NCBI GenBank assembly: GCA_013813945.1
Contig: JACCQV010000586.1
Span: forward strand, 1 to 36,496
Origin: Deltaproteobacteria bacterium
GTDB lineage: Bacteria > Myxococcota_A > Polyangia > Haliangiales > Haliangiaceae
Direction of reading: 5' to 3'
DNA length: 36,496 nt
This document shows positions 8,014 through 16,343 of this stretch, piece after piece. A program made the translations under genes and the position numbers. The first letter of the stretch is position 1. Each line of letters begins with the position of its first letter. A model generated the notes under the pieces. That model did not search any database and was not told the DNA's origin. It saw nothing but the letters and a program-made list of their open reading frames with translations.

Positions 8014-9753
8014 ATGTGTGGGATCGCAGCCATCGCAGGTTCGAAGGATGCCGAGCGCAGAGTTGGCAGAATGATCAACCGTCTCCGTCATCGTGGTCCC
8101 GATGGTGAAGGGATCTGGACGGATAACGCAGGCGGAGTGTCGCTCGGTCAGCGCCGGCTGAGCATCCTCGATCTTTCTGTTCAGGGTCGCCAGCCCATGA
8201 CGAGCGCCAATGGCCGCTTCGTACTGACCTACAATGGCGAGGTCTACAACTATCGAGAGCTGCGCTCCGAGCTTGCCGACTATCCGTTTCACTCGCAGAC
8301 CGACACCGAAGTCGTGCTCGCCGCGTGGGTCCGGTGGGGCGAGGCATGCCTGGACCGGCTGATCGGAATGTTCGCCTTCGTGGTCTGGGATACGCACGCG
8401 CGCACGCTGATCGCCGTCCGCGATCGCTTCGGCGTCAAGCCGCTGTATGTCGCCTCGCTCGAAGAGGGTGGGATCGCACTGGCGAGCGAGATCAAGGCGC
8501 TGCACACCGCCGGTGTGCCGGCGACGGCGGATCCCGTCACGTGGTCGACCTATCTCGCAACGGGCCTCCACGAACACTCGACTCGTACGTTCTGGAGCGG
8601 AGTGTCAGCGGTTCCAGCCGGCACGATCTTGCACTGGGAAGCCGGCAAGCCCGCGACGCTGCGCCGGTGGTACGACCTCGCCGCGCGAGTCGGCCAGGAC
8701 GTGGATCCGCGGAGCGAAGCAACGGTTCGCGAGGAATACCTCGGACTCCTCGAGGACAGCGTTCGCCTGAGGTTCCGCTCGGATGTCCCCGTCGGGATCA
8801 ACCTGTCCGGTGGTCTCGACTCGTCGACCCTCCTCGGGGTCGTGCGCGCAGTGCAGGGAGCGGACAGCGATGTGAAAGCATTCACATTCGTCTGTGACGA
8901 CGAGCGATACGATGAGCTGCCCTGGGTGCAAGGCATGCTCGAGCAGACGAAGCACTCCCTCATCACGTGCACTCTGAGGCCTGACGAGGTTCCTGCCCTG
9001 GCAGCGCGCATGATGGTTGCGCAAGAGGAGCCGTTCGGCGGCCTTCCGACGCTCGCATACGGAAAGATCTTCGAGGCTGCGCGTGCCGCCGGAGTGATCG
9101 TGCTCCTCGACGGACAGGGCATGGATGAGCAGTGGGCCGGGTACGATTACTACCGCTCGGTCACAGATGATAAGAAACCCGCGCCGATCGTGCAGGGCGC
9201 GAAAGATCCGGCGGTTCGTCCAGAATGTCTCACCCCTGATCTCAGACGGCTCGTCGAGCCCTTCACTCCTCCGTCTCCGTTTCCTGATCGGCTCCGCAAT
9301 CTCCAGCTACGGGACGCACTACATACCAAGATCCCGCGTGCCCTCCGATTCAACGATCGTGTATCGATGGCTGCATCGACCGAGCTCCGCGAACCCTTCC
9401 TGGACCACCGTCTGTTCGAGCTTGCGATGAAACAGCCCGCCGATCGCAAGATCCGCGGCGACGTTGGCAAGCACCTCCTTCGAGAGATCACGACGAGCCT
9501 GGTTCCCGCGGGACTACGACTCGCGCCCAAGCGGGCATTGCAGACCCCGCAGCGCGAGTGGCTGCGGGGGCCTCTGCGCTCGTGGGCGGGCGAACAGATC
9601 GAGGCAGGTCTGGCGGCTCACTCCGACTGGTTTGACATTCCCGCGGCTCACCACGCGTGGAACAGCTACGTCGCAGGCGAAGGTGACAACAGTTTTTGGG
9701 TCTGGCAGTGGCTCTCTGTGGGTCTCGCCGCGCAACGAGGAGAATTGTCGTGA
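8014..9753 (+). CDS. Asparagine synthase-family glutamine amidotransferase (AsnB-like), copy 2
   Basis: Starts MCGIAAIAG (Cys2 nucleophile). Carries the PP-loop NLSGGLDSS. 579 aa. ATG 8014 lies 4 nt after the neuA stop. Confidence 0.9.
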   Translation: MCGIAAIAGSKDAERRVGRMINRLRHRGPDGEGIWTDNAGGVSLGQRRLSILDLSVQGRQPMTSANGRFVLTYNGEVYNYRELRSELADYPFHSQTDTEVVLAAWVRWGEACLDRLIGMFAFVVWDTHARTLIAVRDRFGVKPLYVASLEEGGIALASEIKALHTAGVPATADPVTWSTYLATGLHEHSTRTFWSGVSAVPAGTILHWEAGKPATLRRWYDLAARVGQDVDPRSEATVREEYLGLLEDSVRLRFRSDVPVGINLSGGLDSSTLLGVVRAVQGADSDVKAFTFVCDDERYDELPWVQGMLEQTKHSLITCTLRPDEVPALAARMMVAQEEPFGGLPTLAYGKIFEAARAAGVIVLLDGQGMDEQWAGYDYYRSVTDDKKPAPIVQGAKDPAVRPECLTPDLRRLVEPFTPPSPFPDRLRNLQLRDALHTKIPRALRFNDRVSMAASTELREPFLDHRLFELAMKQPADRKIRGDVGKHLLREITTSLVPAGLRLAPKRALQTPQREWLRGPLRSWAGEQIEAGLAAHSDWFDIPAAHHAWNSYVAGEGDNSFWVWQWLSVGLAAQRGELS

Positions 9754-10514
9754 AGGTCGTCATTCTTGCCGGCGGACTAGGAACACGAATCAGCGAGGAA
9801 ACCCAGGTCAGGCCGAAGCCCATGGTGGAGCTCGGCGGCAAACCGATCCTTTGGCACATCATGAAGACCTACTCGCACTGGGGCTTCAACGACTTCGTCG
9901 TGTGCCTCGGCTATCGCGGGTACATGATCAAGGAGTACTTCGCGAACTACTTCGTCCACACCTCCGACATGACGTTCCATCTCGCGGAGAACCGCGTGGA
10001 GGTTCACGCGCAACACTCGGAACCATGGCGAGTGACGCTCGTCGACACCGGGGATCAGACTCAGACCGGCGGTCGACTGAAGCGGGTGCAGAAGTATCTG
10101 GGCGACGAGGATTTCTGTTTCACCTACGGCGACGGGTTGAGCAATGTGAATGTGCGTGAGCTGGTCGACTTCCATCGCGCGCAAAACTGCATCGCGACGA
10201 TCACCACGGTTCAACCTCCGGGTCGGTTCGGAATGTTGACGATGGAGGACCGAAAGATCACTGGGTTCCAGGAGAAGCCGCAGGGCGATGGCTCCTGGAT
10301 CAATGGCGGCTTCTTCGTGCTGCGTCCCCAGGCGATCGATTACATCGAGAACGACTCGACGATCTGGGAGCGCCGTCCCCTCGAGAAGCTGGCCGCCGAG
10401 GGCCAGCTGTCAGCGTTCGTCCACAAGGGCTTCTGGCATCCGATGGACCACCTGCGCGACAAGGTCCTCCTCGAGGAGCTATGGGCGTCCGGCAAGGCAC
10501 CATGGAAAGTCTGA
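9750..10514 (+). CDS. rfbF: Glucose-1-phosphate cytidylyltransferase
   Basis: VKVVILAGGLGTRISEETQVRPKPMVELGGKPILWHIMKTYSHWGFNDFVVCLGYRGYMIKEYFANYF is near-diagnostic for RfbF/DdhA. GTG 9750 overlaps the upstream stop (GTGA). Confidence 0.93.
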   Translation: MKVVILAGGLGTRISEETQVRPKPMVELGGKPILWHIMKTYSHWGFNDFVVCLGYRGYMIKEYFANYFVHTSDMTFHLAENRVEVHAQHSEPWRVTLVDTGDQTQTGGRLKRVQKYLGDEDFCFTYGDGLSNVNVRELVDFHRAQNCIATITTVQPPGRFGMLTMEDRKITGFQEKPQGDGSWINGGFFVLRPQAIDYIENDSTIWERRPLEKLAAEGQLSAFVHKGFWHPMDHLRDKVLLEELWASGKAPWKV

Positions 10515-10519
10515 GAGTG

Positions 10520-11575
10520 ATGACCGGCTTCTGGCGGGACAAACGGGTTCTTCTCACGGGGCACACGGGGTTCAAGGGCTCATGGCTCTCGCTGTGGCTC
10601 GCGGAGCTTGGCGCGAAGGTCGTTGGTTTCGCACTCGCGCCCTCGGGTACGCCCAACCTGTTCGATCAGGCGCGCGTCGGCGAACGTGTTCAGTCGATCA
10701 TCGGCGACATCCGCGACCCGGATCACGTGGCGCAGGTGATGCGCGACGCCCAGCCCGAGATCGTGTTGCACCTCGCAGCGCAGTCGCTGGTCCGCACATC
10801 CTACGAAGCTCCGGTCGAGACGTTCGCCGTCAACGTCATGGGCACGACGCATGTTCTCGAAGCGGCGCGGCACGTCGGCTCGGTCCGCTCCGTGGTCGTC
10901 GTCACCACCGACAAGTGTTACGAGAACCGCGAGTGGCTGTGGGGATATCGCGAGGGAGACGCCCTGGGTGGTCACGACCCCTACTCGACGAGCAAGGCAT
11001 GCGTGGAGCTCGTTACCTCGGCGTACCGCCGGTCCTTCTTCACGAAGGGCGATATCGGCGTCGCGTCTGCGCGCGCCGGTAATGTCATCGGCGGCGGCGA
11101 TTGGGCGAAGGACCGGATCGTTCCCGACATGGCGCGTGCCGCGCTTGCTGGCGAATCCGTGCTCGTGCGCAACCCGCGAAGCACACGACCCTGGCAGCAC
11201 GTCCTCGACGTCTTGCACGGATATCTCCTGCTCGCCGAGCGGCTCCACGGCGATCCAGCCCGTCACGCCGATGCGTGGAACTTCGGCCCCGCCGCGGAGG
11301 ACGTTCGCGCTGTCGGCGATCTCGCGGATGCCGTGTGCTCGCGGTGGGGAGGCGGGACGAGATGGCACCATGAAGCCGTCATCCAGCCCCACGAAGCAGG
11401 CGCGCTGACCCTCGACGCGACGAAGGCGAGGACGTTGCTCGGCTGGAGGCCCACGCTCCGGTTCGAACAAGCCGTTCAATGGAGTATCGACTGGTACAAG
11501 GCACATGGCGATCGTTCGGACCTGGCCGCCACGACGCTCGGCCAGATCCAGCGATTTCAGGAGCTCGCGTCGTGA
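10520..11575 (+). CDS. rfbG: CDP-glucose 4,6-dehydratase
   Basis: MTGFWRDKRVLLTGHTGFKGSWLSLWLAELGAKV, TTDKCYEN and YSTSKACVE (YxxxK). I prefer ATG 10520, 5 nt after the rfbF stop. ATG 10481 or 10502 are possible overlapping starts. Confidence 0.9.
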   Translation: MTGFWRDKRVLLTGHTGFKGSWLSLWLAELGAKVVGFALAPSGTPNLFDQARVGERVQSIIGDIRDPDHVAQVMRDAQPEIVLHLAAQSLVRTSYEAPVETFAVNVMGTTHVLEAARHVGSVRSVVVVTTDKCYENREWLWGYREGDALGGHDPYSTSKACVELVTSAYRRSFFTKGDIGVASARAGNVIGGGDWAKDRIVPDMARAALAGESVLVRNPRSTRPWQHVLDVLHGYLLLAERLHGDPARHADAWNFGPAAEDVRAVGDLADAVCSRWGGGTRWHHEAVIQPHEAGALTLDATKARTLLGWRPTLRFEQAVQWSIDWYKAHGDRSDLAATTLGQIQRFQELAS

Positions 11576-12795
11576 ACTGTCGTTTTTGTGAACGTCCTCT
11601 CCGCCACTCCCTGGTCGATCTCGGTATGCAGCCGCTATCGAATTCGTATGTCGACGCGACACGCGCCGAGGCGATGGAGCCCTTCTATCCTCTGCATGCG
11701 CGGGTGTGCGAGGACTGCTTGCTGGTGCAGCTACCGGTGTTCGAAGCCCCGGAGCAGATCTTCACCGACTACGCCTATCTCTCGTCGGTATCGAAGAGCT
11801 GGCTCGAGCACTGCGATCGATTCGCGCAGACGATGCACGACATGCTTCGTCTGGGCAGCAACGACCTGGTGGTCGAGGTGGCGAGCAACGACGGCGGTCT
11901 GCTTCAGTGCTTCCGGACCCGCGATATCCGCGTGCTCGGCATCGAGCCCGCCGCGAACGTAGCCGACATCGCGCGTGCTGCTGGCGTGGACACCGTCGCT
12001 CGGTTCTTTGGTTCCGCGCTTGCGACCGAGCTCAAGTCGAAGGGCACGTCGCCGCGGCTCCTCGTTGGCAATAACGTGCTCGCCCACGTACCAGATCTGA
12101 ACGACTTCGTGCGCGGCCTACAGACCTTGCTCGCGCCGGATGGCGTCTTGTCGATGGAGTTTCCGCACCTGTTGCAGCTGATGCAGGGCAACCAGTTCGA
12201 CACAATCTATCACGAGCACTTTTCGTACCTGTCGCTACTCACGGTCAGTCGCGTGTTCGCACACCACGGGCTCCGCGTGTTCGACGTGGTGACACTGCCG
12301 ACCCATGGTGGATCGATCCGCGTCCTCGCCTGTCAAAGTGGCTTCACCGGGCTGGCCACGACGGAACGGGTTAACAACGTGCTCGAGGTCGAGCGGGCTG
12401 CTGGGCTCACCAGCATGGCGACCTACGAGGCGTTCTCGAAGCAGGTCCATGAGACCAAGCGCAAGTTGCTCGAGTTCCTGATTGCGCAGAGGCGTGCAGG
12501 AAAGCGCATCGTGGGCTACGGCGCGCCCGCGAAGGGAAACACGCTCCTCAACTACTGCGGCATCCGCGAAGACTTCCTCGAGTTCACCGTCGACCGCAGC
12601 CCGCTGAAGCAGGGCAAGTTGCTTCCAGGAACACGCATCCCGGTGCGTGCGCCCGAAGCGTTGACGGACGCGCGACCAGACCTTGTACTCATCTTGCCGT
12701 GGAACATCGAGCGAGAAATCGTCGAACAGCTCGCGTTCATTCGGGAGTGGGGCGGCAAGTTCATCGTGCCTATTCCCGAAGTCCGCGTCGTCTAG
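11572..12795 (+). CDS. NDP-hexose C-methyltransferase-like protein: zinc-ribbon N-domain, SAM methyltransferase core and C-methyltransferase C-terminal domain
   Basis: CRFCE...CEDC Cys pairs at the N-terminus, SAM-binding VVEVASNDGGLL, and C-terminal GYGAPAKGNTLLNYCG. This architecture resembles TylC3/EvaC/NovU-type enzymes. GTG 11572 overlaps the rfbG stop (GTGA). Confidence 0.7.
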   Translation: MNCRFCERPLRHSLVDLGMQPLSNSYVDATRAEAMEPFYPLHARVCEDCLLVQLPVFEAPEQIFTDYAYLSSVSKSWLEHCDRFAQTMHDMLRLGSNDLVVEVASNDGGLLQCFRTRDIRVLGIEPAANVADIARAAGVDTVARFFGSALATELKSKGTSPRLLVGNNVLAHVPDLNDFVRGLQTLLAPDGVLSMEFPHLLQLMQGNQFDTIYHEHFSYLSLLTVSRVFAHHGLRVFDVVTLPTHGGSIRVLACQSGFTGLATTERVNNVLEVERAAGLTSMATYEAFSKQVHETKRKLLEFLIAQRRAGKRIVGYGAPAKGNTLLNYCGIREDFLEFTVDRSPLKQGKLLPGTRIPVRAPEALTDARPDLVLILPWNIEREIVEQLAFIREWGGKFIVPIPEVRVV

Positions 12796-13325
12796 TGAAG
12801 TTCATCCCGGTACCGCTTGCGGGCGCATTCGTGCTCGAGGTCGAGCGTCACGATGACGAGCGCGGCGGGTTTGGCCGTACGTACTGCGCGCGTGAGCTTG
12901 CAGCGCAGGGTCTCGACCCGAGGATCGCGCAGTGCAGCATGTCGTGGAACACGTCGCGCGGCACGCTGCGCGGCATGCACTACCAGGCCAGCCCACACGA
13001 GGAGGCGAAGACCGTGCGAGTCGTGGCCGGTGCGATCTTCGACGTGATGGTCGATCTGCGGCCCGGATCGCCAACCCGCGGCCAGTGGTTCGGGGCCGAG
13101 CTGTCTGCGAGCAACCACCGTGCGCTCTACATTCCAGCAGGCTTCGCGCACGGGTTCCTCACCATGAGTGACCAGAGCGTCGTCCATTACCAGATCAGCG
13201 ACTTCTATGTCCCGGAAGCCAGCCGTGGGTTCCGCTGGGACGATCCCAGCGTCGCAATCGCGTGGCCGTTCCCGCCAACCTGCATCAGCGATCGGGACCG
13301 CGCGCTTCCCGGGCTGGATGTATGA
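12795..13325 (+). CDS. dTDP-4-dehydrorhamnose 3,5-epimerase-family (RmlC-like cupin) NDP-sugar epimerase
   Basis: VKFIPVPLAGAFVLEVERHDDERGGF, RGMHYQ, VMVDLRPGSPTRGQW and IPAGFAHGF. The GTG shares 1 nt with the upstream TAG stop. Confidence 0.85.
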   Translation: MKFIPVPLAGAFVLEVERHDDERGGFGRTYCARELAAQGLDPRIAQCSMSWNTSRGTLRGMHYQASPHEEAKTVRVVAGAIFDVMVDLRPGSPTRGQWFGAELSASNHRALYIPAGFAHGFLTMSDQSVVHYQISDFYVPEASRGFRWDDPSVAIAWPFPPTCISDRDRALPGLDV

Positions 13326-13990
13326 CCATGGTCCCGTCGGAGCTCGCGGGCTGGATCATCTGGGGCGCCGCCGGCCACGCTCGGGTGATCCGCGAGGCCC
13401 TCGGGGACCGGGCACCTGCGCTGCTTGCCACGTTCGATAACGCCGAGGGTGTGCCTGCGCCGTTTGCCGACGTTCCGCTTCATCACGGAACCCCCGGCTT
13501 CGCCGCCTGGCGACGCACGGCGAGCGGACCGATCGGGTTCGTCGTCGCGATCGGTGGTGCACACGGTTTGACCCGGTGCAGGCTCCACGACTGGCTCGTG
13601 ACCGAGGGACTGACTCCGGTCACCGTGATTCATCGCACCGCCTTCGTAGCGGCGACCGCGAAGGTCGGTGCCGGGAGCCATGTCCTGGCGCAAGCAGCGG
13701 TCTGTGTGGATGTCGAGCTCGGGCCGCAGTGCATCATCAACACAGGTGCGAGCGTCGATCACGAATGTCGCCTCGGTGCCGGCGTTCATGTCGCGCCCGG
13801 CGCCCATCTCGCAGGACTCGTCGACGTCGGCGACCATGTGTTCATCGGTCTCGGCGCGAACATCCTCCCCCGGATCCGGATCGGCGCAGGTGCAATCATC
13901 GGTGCCGGAGCAGTAGTCACGCACGACGTTTCCGCCGGCGCCACGATGGTGGGTATCCCAGCTCGCCCGATCGAAAAACCTAGCTCATGA
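13322..13990 (+). CDS. NeuD/PglD/VioB-family sugar acetyltransferase (left-handed beta-helix)
   Basis: N-terminal IIWGAAGHARVIREAL Rossmann-like subdomain, followed by hexapeptide repeats (GASVDHECRLGAGVHVAPGAHLAGLVDVGDHVFIGLGANILPRIRIGAGAIIGAGAVV). ATGA overlap with the epimerase stop. Confidence 0.8.
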   Translation: MTMVPSELAGWIIWGAAGHARVIREALGDRAPALLATFDNAEGVPAPFADVPLHHGTPGFAAWRRTASGPIGFVVAIGGAHGLTRCRLHDWLVTEGLTPVTVIHRTAFVAATAKVGAGSHVLAQAAVCVDVELGPQCIINTGASVDHECRLGAGVHVAPGAHLAGLVDVGDHVFIGLGANILPRIRIGAGAIIGAGAVVTHDVSAGATMVGIPARPIEKPSS

Positions 13991-15117
13991 CAACACCCCG
14001 CATCCCGATCGCAGGCCCCTGGATCACCCAGCGAGAAATCGATTACGTGGCGGATGCGACCGCCAACGCTTGGTACGGATCCGCGAACCTCTATCACGAC
14101 AAGTTCGAACGGGCGTTTGCAGGACACCTCGGCGTTCGGCACGCGATGGCATTGCCATCGTGTACGTCCGGATTGCACCTCGCGCTTGCCGCTCGCGGCA
14201 TTGGCCCAGGAGATGAGGTGATCGTCCCGGACATCACCTGGATCGCGAGCTGCGCGCCGATCACGTACGTGGGTGCGACGCCAGTGTTCGCGGATGTCGA
14301 CCCCGATACCTGGTGCATCTCTGCGAGCTCGATCGAGAAGTGTCTGACGCCAAGGACGCGAGCACTGATCCCCGTCGACCTCTACGGTCATCCCGCCGAC
14401 TACGACAGCATCAACGAGCTTGCGCGTGCGCATGATCTGTTCGTGATCGAGGACGCGGCCGAAGCCGTCGGTGCCACGTACCGCGGCCGACCCGCGGGCA
14501 GTCTCGCCCACGTCGGCGTGTTCAGCTTCCACGGTTCCAAGACGTTGACGACCGGCGAAGGCGGACTGCTCGCGACCGACGACTCAGCGTTGTACGAACG
14601 CGCCGCCTTCCTCCGTGATCACGGGCGCAAACCCGGAGATGTGTTCTTCTTCAATCACGAGGTCGCGTTCAAGTACAAGATGAGCAGTATGCAGGCCGCG
14701 CTCGGCCTCGCGCAGCTCGAGCGCCTGGACGAGCTGATGACGCGCAAGCGTCAGATCTTCGCGTGGTATCGCGAGCGCCTGTCAGGCATCTCCGGTCTCT
14801 CGCTGAATTACCAGGCACCCGGCACCACGAACGCCTACTGGATGATCACAGTGCTCTGGGAGCCGGGGCTGCTTCCGGACAAACGAAAGACCATGGAGCT
14901 GCTGGCCGAGCGCGGAATTGATACCCGGCCCTTCTTCCATCCGTTGAGTGCAATTCCGGCCTACGCAGGTTCGGTCGAGGCTCAGCGCGCAGTTCGCGAG
15001 AACACCGTTGCGCACTCGCTGACAAACCGGGCCTTGAACTTACCTTCAGCGCTCACCCTCGAGGAGGCGCACGTCGATCGAGTATGTGACGCGCTGCTCG
15101 CAGTTCTCCGCAGCTAG
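13987..15117 (+). CDS. DegT/DnrJ/EryC1/StrS-family PLP-dependent NDP-sugar aminotransferase
   Basis: 376 aa. The active-site block VFSFHGSKTLTTGEGG retains the Schiff-base Lys, so this is an aminotransferase rather than an E1-type 3-dehydrase. ATGA overlap with the upstream gene. Confidence 0.9.
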   Translation: MTTPRIPIAGPWITQREIDYVADATANAWYGSANLYHDKFERAFAGHLGVRHAMALPSCTSGLHLALAARGIGPGDEVIVPDITWIASCAPITYVGATPVFADVDPDTWCISASSIEKCLTPRTRALIPVDLYGHPADYDSINELARAHDLFVIEDAAEAVGATYRGRPAGSLAHVGVFSFHGSKTLTTGEGGLLATDDSALYERAAFLRDHGRKPGDVFFFNHEVAFKYKMSSMQAALGLAQLERLDELMTRKRQIFAWYRERLSGISGLSLNYQAPGTTNAYWMITVLWEPGLLPDKRKTMELLAERGIDTRPFFHPLSAIPAYAGSVEAQRAVRENTVAHSLTNRALNLPSALTLEEAHVDRVCDALLAVLRS

Positions 15118-16343
15118 CGCTGGGTGAGGCGCGCTACTCGGCGCCTGAGCGCGCCAAGCGCTCGCTGGGCGATGCCGCGGGGCGAGAGATAGCCACCTTC
15201 GAACAGCCGCACGATGGTGTACGCCAGCGTCGCCGCACCATGAACATCGCTGACCGCGAAGTCATCGCCGTCGAGCTTCATGGTCATGTGCCCCAAGCTG
15301 AGGCCGAGATCCGAGTCGGTGGATTTGACGTTCAGAAACGGGTGTGCGGCGATGACCGCATCTGCCGCCTGGCCGCCCCGTCGCATCATCTCTCGCACGC
15401 CTTCGACAACCTGCCCGTACACGACCTCCGAGCTCACGGCGGCGTCTCTCATCATGTGCTCGGTCAACAGCTCCAGAGGGATCTCCGGGTTCCTCATTCC
15501 GCCTGGCACGTGCTCGCGCGCTTGCTGGTACGCCTCTGCGACGTACACGGGAGAGGATGGGACGAGCACATAGTCCGGATGAAATGGATGATTCCCTTCG
15601 TTCAGGAACTGCTCGCGCGGCGAGTGCTTGTTCGTCTCGACAGCGCCGAAGCTGACCCCCGTGCTGTGCTTGGAGAGGCCGTTGAGCCGGTAGGGGCGCT
15701 CGCTCCAGACGAACCGGTCGATCGCCATCGTGACCGAGAGCGCGGAATACAGATCTGGATTCAGACTGTGGAAGAACTGCAAAGAGCCACCGGTCGCTCG
15801 CCGGATTGCATCGCGACTGAGCACGCCCCAGTAGAGAGACGGCAGACGGGTGTACGGCTCCTGGAAGCCGACGACCTTGGTCAGCCACTCCGTCGCGGAT
15901 TCGACGCGCCACCCGGAGCGAAGCGGAAGCCGTAGAGTATTCGGACGTAACCCGCCGACGGACCCGGGCCAGTAGTACTTGGCCTCGCGCCAGGCAATCG
16001 CTTCGCAGTCCGTCTCCTCGAGGATCCTGACGATGTCGCGGATGGCGTTTGGCAACAACGCATCGTCGTCGCCGAGCGTGAGCACGTAGCCATCGTCGAC
16101 GTGGCTCAGCGCGAACTCCCAGTTCTGGGACATCCCAAGTCGACGTTCTGTCTTCACGCGGCGAATACGAGGATCTGCGGCCGCTGCAACGACCTCCGCC
16201 GTACGGTCTTCGCTGTGGTTGTCACTGACCAGGATATCGAGCTGGTCATAATTTTGCGACACGCAGCTCTTCAGCGTGCAGTGCAGGGTGTCTGCACGGT
16301 TCCTGGTGGGAATCAGGATCGTTACGCGACGGCTCTTCATCAT
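15114..16343 (-). CDS. Glycosyltransferase family 2 (409 aa, with a long C-terminal extension)
   Basis: VTILIPTRNRADTLHCTLKSCVSQNYDQLDILVSDNHSEDRT and the DXD-like LTLGDDDALLP. The ATG overlaps the wzx stop (ATGA). Confidence 0.85.
   Translation of the reverse strand: MMKSRRVTILIPTRNRADTLHCTLKSCVSQNYDQLDILVSDNHSEDRTAEVVAAAADPRIRRVKTERRLGMSQNWEFALSHVDDGYVLTLGDDDALLPNAIRDIVRILEETDCEAIAWREAKYYWPGSVGGLRPNTLRLPLRSGWRVESATEWLTKVVGFQEPYTRLPSLYWGVLSRDAIRRATGGSLQFFHSLNPDLYSALSVTMAIDRFVWSERPYRLNGLSKHSTGVSFGAVETNKHSPREQFLNEGNHPFHPDYVLVPSSPVYVAEAYQQAREHVPGGMRNPEIPLELLTEHMMRDAAVSSEVVYGQVVEGVREMMRRGGQAADAVIAAHPFLNVKSTDSDLGLSLGHMTMKLDGDDFAVSDVHGAATLAYTIVRLFEGGYLSPRGIAQRALGALRRRVARLTQR

Noticed and set aside
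10580-11662. Long antisense ORFs mirroring real genes. Examples: 406-1164(-), 2111-3154(-), 10580-11662(-, 360 aa), 19539-20549(-, 336 aa), 25791-26954(+, 387 aa), 31675-32580(+, 301 aa), 33747-34673(-, 308 aa), 34510-35451(-, 313 aa).
   Set aside because: Each lies opposite a gene with clear family motifs (RfbG, CE4 deacetylase, KpsS-like, WbpM, Wza and others). Their translations are Arg/Pro/Gly/Ala-rich and low in complexity, with no recognisable motifs. This is typical of shadow ORFs in high-GC DNA.
13987-15117. The DegT-family gene after rfbF/rfbG might have been the E1 (RfbH/DdhC) CDP-4-keto-6-deoxyglucose 3-dehydrase of 3,6-dideoxyhexose pathways.
   Set aside because: The active-site block reads FSFHGSKTLTTGEGG with the Lys retained, whereas E1 has His at that position. 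At 376 aa the protein is aminotransferase-sized. I saw no Fe-S Cys motif, and no E3 reductase gene is present.
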